NCBI GenBank assembly: GCA_030698395.1
Contig: JAUYKW010000025.1
Span: forward strand, 4,179 to 68,178
From: a bacterium
Lineage (GTDB): Bacteria > Patescibacteriota > Patescibacteriia > UBA9570
Direction: 5' to 3'
DNA length: 64,000 nucleotides
Shown here: piece by piece, positions 52,907 to 62,000 of the stretch
How the letters are laid out: every line of letters starts with the position of its first letter
How positions within the stretch are numbered: position 1 is the stretch's first letter
Position numbers and translations under genes: made by a program
Notes under the pieces: model-generated
What the model was told of the DNA's origin: nothing
The model's database searches: none
What the model saw: only the letters and a program-made list of their open reading frames with translations

Positions 52907-53041
52907 AATAGATGTTTGAATTATTAATAAATTTATATTATCTAATGAATCTACTACATATAATAGTAGATAGTTAATTCTCAGTCAATAGAGAACTATA
53001 TTATTATCCACATTTTTGCCGGCTAATGCAAGCCATACGAC

Positions 53042-54577
53042 TTACCCCAAACTCTTTCTTAACTTTCCAGCCTTTAATATGGCAATTGAAATATCTTTAC
53101 GCTGACGTGATAGATAGTAAATATCTGAAGTTGTATTACGATGTAAGAAATGGTTAGTATTTTTTGGTTCTAGAGTAGTACCAAAATAATCTTGGATAAA
53201 TTCAATATCTTCTTTAATTTCTCTCCAGGCTTTACTTCGTTTCGCAAACTGATCCAAGTTTTCAGTATTCAAATAATGGCCAGCTCGTTTAATATCATGT
53301 TCCATATAGCGATAAACCTCATGTACAATTTCGCCTTCACCTTTACTTAGAGATCGCAATGTTTTACCAATACCAATTAATTCTGGAGGAACACCCAATG
53401 AATACATAGCAGCAGTAAATGTAATTGCGCGCGGAAATTCTTTCTTGCCAATAGATCTGCTATACCCCAATAATCCAATATGCAATCTCCGCTCTCGTCG
53501 TCGTGGAATAAATGGCGTAATCCTAAACATATCATTCGATATACCAGTAATAGATTCTCTATACTGACGCTCGGCACGTCTCACTATTGTATGTAAAATT
53601 TCTTTATCCCGCTCTGAAAAAATTCGTGGCTTACTATTTGGTAATTCTCTTTGTAATGTTTTAATTGCTGACTTCACCTGCTTTAATGGATAATCATATC
53701 GAAATGCTGATTGTACAGTTACAGTACTAACACCCTGATATTCTCCAATAAATTCTTTAATATGATCCGGTGAACATGATCCACGAAATGGTAACGAACC
53801 AGTACCAATTATAGGATAAACACGAATGCTACGCTTCTTACCCCATTGATACATTTCAGATAAAGCAATTTTGTTTGCAATCACTGCAGGCAAAAGTCCG
53901 GCTAACAAAGCTGGATCGCTACGAGCCAAAAACGGCCTGATGTAAGGAATGTCTTTTTTATAATACTTTTTATGAGCTCGACTATAAGTCTCCAGTAACT
54001 TAGCAATATTAAACATATCATCAACACCTTCAACTAATGGAATTACCTCTATATAATTGAAAGACTTAGTTTTATCTGTAAATAACTCATGCTTAACTTT
54101 TGCTAACTTGGTGAAAGTTTCTTGAATATGCAACAACTGCTCCGCTGATGTCGTCATTGGAAGGATAACTTCAAACAATGGATTTGATTTCATACCTAAA
54201 TCATGAGCTAAATCTGATGCTGTTAACATAGCCATAAATGCTCTAGCTAAAGAGTAACCCTTTTCTTCCCAAATATTAGGAATGCGAAAAGTTAAAAATT
54301 TATCTATGCCAATTAAGTTCTTCTGAAAGTAATCGTAGTATTCAGTCATTAATCGTTCTACAACAGCTTCGTCAACGTACTTTCCTTCCCAATCCCACAT
54401 GTATTCATCCACTCCCAAATCTTTAAAAGCAGATGCAGCCTCAGCTACTTCTTCTTGCGCGGAAACAAAGCCATCACCGTCCTTTTCCCAGAAAGGAGCA
54501 GAGGCATTATCCGGATGTTGTGTCGCCATTACGGCAGGAATTTTTCTCATACCAGTGTATTGTACAGGTATTGACAA
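53042..54577 (-). CDS. ppcA: archaeal-type phosphoenolpyruvate carboxylase
   Basis: N-terminal MATQHPDN motif and ~510-aa length characteristic of the archaeal-type PEPC family. Confidence 0.75.
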   Translation of the reverse strand: MSIPVQYTGMRKIPAVMATQHPDNASAPFWEKDGDGFVSAQEEVAEAASAFKDLGVDEYMWDWEGKYVDEAVVERLMTEYYDYFQKNLIGIDKFLTFRIPNIWEEKGYSLARAFMAMLTASDLAHDLGMKSNPLFEVILPMTTSAEQLLHIQETFTKLAKVKHELFTDKTKSFNYIEVIPLVEGVDDMFNIAKLLETYSRAHKKYYKKDIPYIRPFLARSDPALLAGLLPAVIANKIALSEMYQWGKKRSIRVYPIIGTGSLPFRGSCSPDHIKEFIGEYQGVSTVTVQSAFRYDYPLKQVKSAIKTLQRELPNSKPRIFSERDKEILHTIVRRAERQYRESITGISNDMFRITPFIPRRRERRLHIGLLGYSRSIGKKEFPRAITFTAAMYSLGVPPELIGIGKTLRSLSKGEGEIVHEVYRYMEHDIKRAGHYLNTENLDQFAKRSKAWREIKEDIEFIQDYFGTTLEPKNTNHFLHRNTTSDIYYLSRQRKDISIAILKAGKLRKSLG

Positions 54578-54661
54578 AATATTTCTATCTGTTAAAATCT
54601 TGCCGTCAATTTAAACCAAAAATACACCTATTTAAAGGGTGTTTTTAATTGGTACTATATT

Positions 54662-55084
54662 ATGAATCCAAGTATTATCAACAATTTAGTGACGCTTGCA
54701 GTTGCTCTAACTAGCATTCAACCGCTAGATACAACTGCTCCCCAACCGCAAGCTCAGCCACCTGAAGACAGTATTGTTATTGAATATGAAACTGAAGAAA
54801 TGTCAGCTACTTTGTATGCTTATAGTAGTACTGCTAGCCAAACAAATGGCAATCCATTCGTAACTGCATCTGGTGAAACGGTCACTGACGGCATTATTGC
54901 TAACAATTGCTTAGCATTCGGCACGGAAGTGATGTTTCCTGAAATATATGGCGATAAAATATTCCGTGTTCAGGATAGAATGGCTACTCGTTATGGATGT
55001 AACTCATTTGATGTTTGGTTCTCGAATACCGCAGATGCAATTCAATTTGGAAAAAAATACACTACAGCTGAAGTTATTCAATAA
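54662..55084 (+). CDS. secreted 3D-domain protein (MltA/RlpA-like)
   Basis: Signal peptide. The C-terminal block (TASGETVTDGIIAN..AFGTEVMFPEIYGDKIFRVQDR) resembles a 3D domain. Confidence 0.55.
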   Translation: MNPSIINNLVTLAVALTSIQPLDTTAPQPQAQPPEDSIVIEYETEEMSATLYAYSSTASQTNGNPFVTASGETVTDGIIANNCLAFGTEVMFPEIYGDKIFRVQDRMATRYGCNSFDVWFSNTADAIQFGKKYTTAEVIQ

Positions 55085-55129
55085 GGTAGGTATAAAAACA
55101 AATCGCGACCTATCTCTACTGTGCAATCA

Positions 55130-55855
55130 TTAACGCCGAGCCTCCCACTCGCCTTTATCAACTTTGTGTAGAATAAATTGGTTGAACCAATTTCGGCCCC
55201 ATTGCCATAATATTTTTGGCCAGCCATCACGATGAATTCTGCGCGCTGACATCTCGATATAATATTTACTAAATACTTGTATTTCACCCTGTTTAGCTAA
55301 GCGCTGAAACAATTCATGATCTTCCGATGTAGCCATAATAGGATTAAACCCTTCGAGCTTCTGAAAAGTTGAACTTCTAATAATTTGACAATCACCAGGT
55401 GCGCCACCAGTTTTTGTAATTCTATTCTGTAAATAAGTCATCATATTAGTAAAACCAAACCAAAATTTATCCCAAAATTTTACATCTTCCGGATATATAG
55501 TAATTGGAATTGTTGCTGCAACAATATTTTTATTATCTTTGAACAAATCTCTAATCTCAAATAATATCTGCTTTATTTTCGGAATTCGTACATCTGCATC
55601 GATAAACCATAAGATATCTCCACTTGCAGCTCGTGCGCCCCTGTTTCGGCACTCACCAATAGTGGATCTTTTATCACTTGGTAAATGTATTACTGCATCT
55701 GCCACCTGATATGCCTTCTCCCTGGTTTTATCTGTACTACCATTATCAGATACGATGATCTCAAAATCATCATCATGCACATCTTTAAATTGTTCAAGTG
55801 CTTGAAGAATGCCTTTCTCTTCATTATATGCTGGAATTATTAATGAAATTTTCAT
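55130..55855 (-). CDS. family 2 glycosyltransferase
   Basis: MKISLIIPAYNEE, SDNGSTD and DADV (DxD) motifs. Confidence 0.85.
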   Translation of the reverse strand: MKISLIIPAYNEEKGILQALEQFKDVHDDDFEIIVSDNGSTDKTREKAYQVADAVIHLPSDKRSTIGECRNRGARAASGDILWFIDADVRIPKIKQILFEIRDLFKDNKNIVAATIPITIYPEDVKFWDKFWFGFTNMMTYLQNRITKTGGAPGDCQIIRSSTFQKLEGFNPIMATSEDHELFQRLAKQGEIQVFSKYYIEMSARRIHRDGWPKILWQWGRNWFNQFILHKVDKGEWEARR

Positions 55856-55961
55856 GAGTGCATTATAGCACTTAATCTTTACAAATACCGTTTATTTTGG
55901 TAAATTTCTAAAACCCATTAAAGTGATTTACCCGTACGATTCACGTATGTGAAACGTTCGT

Positions 55962-56035
55962 GGCCATGTACCCAAATTGGTTAAGGGAGCAGTTTGCAAA
56001 ACTGTTATGTGCAGGTTCGAGTCCTGTCGTGGCCT
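55962..56035 (+). tRNA. tRNA-Cys (anticodon GCA)
   Basis: Acceptor GGCCATG/CGTGGCC, 3-bp D-stem, anticodon loop TTGCAAA, T-loop TTCGAGT. Confidence 0.75.
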
Positions 56036-56187
56036 CAATTGTAATATGTCCGAACAACGGGACAAAATTCAAAACAACATACTCTCCACAACGTCCAGAA
56101 AACATTTACGGAGGCAAATGATACCAGTTAGAAGTAATATAATTTACGATTGACAGGCTAAAATAACTTGGATATTATACCTCCTAC

Positions 56188-56353
56188 GCGGGGATAGCTC
56201 AGTTTCAGCCAAAGGCTGATCCGCCTACGGCGGAGGATAGAGCCCTTACCTACGATAGTCTATTTATAATGCGGGGATAGCTCAGTTTCAGCCAAAGGCT
56301 GATCCGCCTACGGCGGAGGATAGAGCCCTTACCTACGATAGTCTATTTATAAT
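56188..56353 (+). repeat. two tandem 83-bp units, each = first 17 nt of tRNA-Gly(GCC) + 32-nt twin-hairpin element + degenerate D-arm-like tail
   Basis: Units 56188-56270 and 56271-56353 are identical. The insert follows 'gctcagtt' and the tail begins ggatagagc (compare native ggtagagcg). Confidence 0.9.
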
Positions 56354-56429
56354 GCGGGGATAGCTCAGTTGGTAGAGCGTCTGCTTGCCATGCAGAAGGT
56401 CGCGAGTTCGAATCTCGTTTCCCGCTCCA
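56354..56429 (+). tRNA. tRNA-Gly (anticodon GCC), CCA encoded
   Basis: Cloverleaf with anticodon loop TTGCCAT. Confidence 0.9.
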
Positions 56430-56433
56430 AATA

Positions 56434-56470
56434 AAAAAGCGCAGTTCAAAAATGATACTGCGCTTTTTCT
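56434..56470. terminator. bidirectional hairpin terminator (aaagcgcagt..actgcgcttt) flanked by A/T runs
   Basis: Lies between tRNA-Gly (+) and the convergent 800-aa gene (-). Confidence 0.75.
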
Positions 56471-56479
56471 TTAATAGAT

Positions 56480-58882
56480 TTAGCTCGGCCAGTTTTTCAG
56501 TCTAGCTTTTTTATTAACTTTATACTGAATAATTACTTTGCCACCATTCTTAATCTGAACTCTTTTATGCTTTTTCTTTAATTTAAATTTTTTCTTAGTG
56601 AAAGGATCTAAAACTTTAGTATTTCTTTTTGCTAACTTACTCCCTTTCTTCTTTGGAGAAAGCTTTAAAGAAGTTGTTCTTAGTTTGCCGTTTTTCTTCG
56701 TTGTAACTATTACTTCGTTCTTTTTGTTAGTTTTGTAAAAATTAAATACTCCCAGTCTAGATATCTTTTGACCCTTATTCCTTACTTTCTTCGATGATTT
56801 TTGGACACAGTTTGCAGTATTAAATATTCTTACCTTGATGCCATTCTTTTTTAGCACGATTAGTCTATTTCCATCCTTGGATAACTTAGCTTTTGGCTTA
56901 CCTTTTCCTTTCGTAAAAGCTGTACAAGTTAGAGTTGAATCATCTTCGTAAGTAAGCATGACCTTGCTATTCTTCTTAGAAGTTACTTTTGTAACATCTC
57001 CGCGGGATACTACTTCTACATCTCTGGTGGATGTAGCTATATTTCCTGAATCATCTGTGGCTATATAGGTAACTGTATATGTTCCTAGTTTATTAGTATT
57101 TACGTCACTAATGTCTGTTTCTAGGGTTCCGGTTGAGTAACTTGCTATAGCTTTATCAGAATCGCAAGTATCGGTTGCAGTTGCTCCAGCATCAGCATAT
57201 GTTGCGCCTTGCTTTACGGTTACAGAACTGTCTCCTGCCATGGTGATTACTGGATCTTTAGTGTCTGTCACGTTTACTGTGCGGATGGCAGTTCCAATAT
57301 TGCCGTCATTATCTGTTGCAGAGTAAGCTACACTGTAGCTACCTAATATATCGGTATCAACATTATTCGAAATAATTGCTGCACTTATTGTCGAATCAAA
57401 ATTGTCAGTTGCTGTTGCGCCAGAATCTGTATATGTTGAAGTACATTCTTGGATAACTGTGCTATCACCGGTTGCAGTTATAGTTGGATTTGTTTGATCT
57501 AGTTCATAAGCTCCAACGTCACAAGTACTATTCTCTGGTCGAACTAAACCACGTTGATCCCGCGTTTCGGTGCCGCTTAAACTAGAACATGTTCCAGTAT
57601 CTTTAGCAGGTGATGTTGATTGAATAGAGATCGTTTGATTTTCTCCACCATTATTTTCTAATCCCGCTACATCTAAAAGTGGATCCGTACTTGAATGATC
57701 ATTTATCTCCGTAAAACCGCAACTAGTCCCACCTTCAATATTATAATTTTGAGAAGTTATAGTTGGCGTACCAGCACCAGAAATATCACAATCTTCATCC
57801 GCAACGCTATTAGCACTATTCCCAGAAAGAATTGAATTTTTAACTCTCACAGTTGCTAGGTCATTTCCTTCTCCTTGCGCATGAATACCACCACCGCTTC
57901 CTTCAGCAGAATTACCTGAGATAGTACTATGCGATATATCAAATACATCTGCTACTCCAACGCTAGGATGACTACAGTATGAAAGAATGCCCCCACCATT
58001 ACCCGCTATATTATCTGCCGCATTTCCAGTAATAGTCGAATTAATTATAGAATGAGTACTAACCCCACATACACTAGCTATACCTCCACCACCGCCAGCT
58101 GTATTATTGGCGATAGTTGTCTGTTCTATTGAAATGTCTGATTCTCCAGAAATATAAATTGCTCCACCAACATCATCGTTATCAGCTCCACCATTATTTC
58201 CGGTAAATGTACTATCAACAACTGTTAAAGCTGCTGTAGTAACTGCCACTCCCGCACCATCATTAGCTGTATTATCTTTAATTGTTGATCTAGTAATAGT
58301 AACTGTCGCACTAGCATCAACCGAAATTCCACCACCTGCAACATTACTGTTATCTGTAACAATACTGTCAATAACATTCAACACGGTAGTTGCACCGCTA
58401 GCTGCATGTACACCACTTAACACACCTCCAGTTACAGTAATATCTTGAAGGGTAAGGGTGTTGAGAGCAAAAACGTCAAAAACACGATCACCTGTTATTG
58501 CGCCATTACCGTCAATTATAGTTGTTGTAGCACTATCACCTTGAACAGTAATATCACTAGCTGTACCTGATACATCAAGATCACCCGTTGCTGAGTTATC
58601 TTCGCCTATACCCGAAATTTGTAATGTTATTGTATCTGCAGGCACATTAATTGTATGTGTTCCTCCTGCTGTATCAGCTGCAATAAATGCTTCACGCAAT
58701 GAACAATCGTTTCCGCCACCGCCGTCAGCAACACACGATCCATCTGGTGCCGGATCTGCATTAGCATGAGCGCCTAGATCATTATCCGAAACGTTTACTG
58801 TATACGTTGCTGCATGAGCTGGTATCACCCATACACCAAACACCGCTAATGCCGTAATTAGAATTAATTTAGCTTTTTTCAT
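56480..58882 (-). CDS. secreted parallel beta-helix repeat protein with two Ig-like (DUF5011-type) domains and a Lys-rich basic C-terminal tail
   Basis: Signal peptide. Repeated G-rich beta-helix turns (NNTAGGGGGI, GNAADNIAGNGGGI). Two Ig-like repeats (P.IT..GDS.V....G..Y.D.GATATD). K-rich 170-aa tail. Confidence 0.7.
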   Translation of the reverse strand: MKKAKLILITALAVFGVWVIPAHAATYTVNVSDNDLGAHANADPAPDGSCVADGGGGNDCSLREAFIAADTAGGTHTINVPADTITLQISGIGEDNSATGDLDVSGTASDITVQGDSATTTIIDGNGAITGDRVFDVFALNTLTLQDITVTGGVLSGVHAASGATTVLNVIDSIVTDNSNVAGGGISVDASATVTITRSTIKDNTANDGAGVAVTTAALTVVDSTFTGNNGGADNDDVGGAIYISGESDISIEQTTIANNTAGGGGGIASVCGVSTHSIINSTITGNAADNIAGNGGGILSYCSHPSVGVADVFDISHSTISGNSAEGSGGGIHAQGEGNDLATVRVKNSILSGNSANSVADEDCDISGAGTPTITSQNYNIEGGTSCGFTEINDHSSTDPLLDVAGLENNGGENQTISIQSTSPAKDTGTCSSLSGTETRDQRGLVRPENSTCDVGAYELDQTNPTITATGDSTVIQECTSTYTDSGATATDNFDSTISAAIISNNVDTDILGSYSVAYSATDNDGNIGTAIRTVNVTDTKDPVITMAGDSSVTVKQGATYADAGATATDTCDSDKAIASYSTGTLETDISDVNTNKLGTYTVTYIATDDSGNIATSTRDVEVVSRGDVTKVTSKKNSKVMLTYEDDSTLTCTAFTKGKGKPKAKLSKDGNRLIVLKKNGIKVRIFNTANCVQKSSKKVRNKGQKISRLGVFNFYKTNKKNEVIVTTKKNGKLRTTSLKLSPKKKGSKLAKRNTKVLDPFTKKKFKLKKKHKRVQIKNGGKVIIQYKVNKKARLKNWPS

Positions 58883-59048
58883 GAGGAAATTTTTTTTATT
58901 ACTTATCTATATATCATTCTACCAAAAATATGGAATCTAACACAGTGACAGTTTTTAGAAAATATTTTATCAATATTTAAACTTGAAATTTATTGAAAAC
59001 TATTGTTTAATATAACTAATTAAGTAGCTAATAATTGCTCGCTAGTTA

Positions 59049-62000
59049 ATGAATTTTTATTATTGGAAAAAGTTATTAAGATTTACAGCACTTCTTTTGA
59101 GTATGGCTATTTTCTTTGCAATATCTTCCCCCGTTCATGCAGCTATAGTAACTTGGGATGGTGGCGGAACAACTGGTACATGCGGAGCTGGCAACGAAAA
59201 TAATTTCAATTGTAAAGAAAACTGGTTAGGTGATGTTGCACCAACAAGTACTGATTTTGCAGCTTTCGATGGAACATCTACCAAAGATGTAATTATAGCA
59301 GATGGTATTAGTATATATGGAATTGATATTAACTCAGGATACACTGGAACGATAACTCAAAACGCAGGAGTGGTTTTTCCAAATTTTGGAGGCGGAAATG
59401 GTTTTGAGCAAGCTGATGGCACTTATACGATTAATTCTGCCAGCTATTTTGAATCTAGAAAATCATTCGTACTATCTGGTGGTACATTTAATGCATCCTC
59501 TGGGACAACCCAACTTGGCCATAGTCTCACAATTACTGGTGGTACATTTAATCATAATTCTGGGACATTACTTTTTCAAAATTCAATAAATAATTCAGTA
59601 TATTCGTGTAACAATACTGTATTCAATACAATTACACTATCTCGTAGCACTGGTACAAGTACCATTGGCAGTGATTGTACGTTTCCGCTCGGAGATTCCC
59701 CGACTTCATCAGGTTACATAACAAATAACGGAGTTATTCAAATCACCTCAGGCAACTGGAGTCACACAACTGGAACTATGGATAATTACGGGACCATTAC
59801 GGTTAACGGAACAGGGGATGTGACTTTATCTGGCATATTTTATAACCGAACCAGTGCCATCTTATCAATGGATGGAAGCAATATTACTTTTAATTCAGAC
59901 ATTAACATTGATTCAGCTAGTACATTCCCAGCAAGTTTGAATGTAACTTTCGGTGGAAGTACATCATCTAGTTTATATTGTGGTAATAAAGTATTTAGCT
60001 CAGCCACAATAAATAAATCTTATTATTACAATGCGATTCAAGTTCGTACTGGCTGTACCTTGCCACTAGGCAATTCTCCAAGCACTAAAGGTCTAATTCA
60101 AAATTTCGCAACTATTAATATTGGTACAGGCACATGGACTCATGACGGAGAATATAATGGTAAGCCTACTGGAAATCTAAACTTTGATGGAACTACAATA
60201 AATTTTTCAGGATCATATATTTCTGAAATGGGAAGTAATAAATTTGTAGCTCCTGCACTTACAACTGTTACTGTTTTTGGCGGATTTCGTGACGACAATA
60301 ATGCTATGCCAGACGGTGTAGATTTAACATTTACTGCTGTAGGAACAGCCTATCAAGCTCTTCAGGGATCAGGTGGAATAATATTTGGATCTGTAACAAT
60401 AGAAGGAGCCGGACAAGTACAATTAGCTGGTGTAAAAACTGGTGATCTTTATATCAACGGCACAACATGGGTGCCTCCTGTTTTACTTCCAGTAATCGCA
60501 ACTGGAAATGTAATTATTGGTAGTGGTGGCAAATTAACCGGATATGAGTTGAGGCTTCAAGGATCTGCAGATCAAACTATTGCTGTAAATGGTGGAACTT
60601 TTGATTCGCAAATTAATATCAATAAAACCGGCGGAACTGTAAAACCAATCACAGATATTTCAACATCTGAAGCATGTACTGTTGCAGAAAAAACTATTGA
60701 TCTTGATGGCAAAAATTATATCTGTGGATCCCTCACAATCCAAGATGGCGGTGTCCTCCGTATGCACGGATCCGAAACCGTTACCACTCCCACACTTAAT
60801 ACAGGATCATCTGTAATTTATAGTGGCGATGGTGACACAGTCAACGATAGCTACACCATTTATGATTGGGCCTACAAACATCTCACCATTGATGCCGCCG
60901 ATCCACAAGACTCTTTTAATTGCGCTCCTGCAGGTGGATTAGAAGGAGATTTTGAAAGCGGTGTACCTCCTACAGGATGGACTACCGGTGGCGACACTTC
61001 CTGGACTCAAGATACTACAACATATAATGAAGGATCAGCGTCTGCTAATACTGGCGCAATCACACACGGCCAAGAAACTTGGATCAAGCGTGTATATGCA
61101 CCTGCCACGAACGTTAGTATAGATTTTGAATGGAAAGTTTCATCTGAAGAAGGTTATGACTATCTACTATTCTGTGTAGACAATGATTCCTGTACTGCAG
61201 AAACAGGATATACAGAAAGAATATCTGGAGAAGTTGACTGGACTCAAGTGACAGCAGATTTAACCGCTGGATCTCACTCTTTAGTTTGGAAATATGTTAA
61301 AGATGACTCACATGACGGTGGTACAGATGAAGGTTGGATCGATAATGTAGGTGAGCTTTTCTATGACATTAATGTAGACCAGAACATGGTAGTGCAAAGC
61401 GGAATATTTAAAGCTCCAGGCAACCTTATAATTGGTGGCAATCTAGATACTTCATCTGGAACCTTTTATCATAAAGGAGCTGAGGTATTTTTCGATGATA
61501 CCTCACAAACTTCAGTTATTACGGGCACGGAATTTTATGATCTAACAATCACCACTCCCGGAAAAGTAATTACCTTCAATGCTGGTGATACCAAAACTGT
61601 AAATGGTCACCTAACCGTTACCGGTACCGCTGGCAATCTAATTAGACTACAAAGCTCTGCTGGCGGATCTCCCTGGTATCTCAACTCACTGGGTAGCCAC
61701 GATGTATCTTATGCAAACGTTTCAGACTCTGATGCATCTGGTGGTAAAGAAATCTGTGCCAAGAACTCAACTGATTCAACTGGTAATACTAACTGGGATT
61801 TCACTTGTGCCAATCAAACCCCAACCGCAAACGATCAAACTATCAACGTAACTGAAGAATTAGCTCGAGCTATTACACTATCTGGAAACGATCCCGAAGG
61901 ATCTCCTCTTAACTACACAGTCCTCACTAACCCAACCAAAGGCGTTCTTTCTGGAACCGCACCTAATCTAACCTACACTCCAGCTACTAACTTAACCGGA

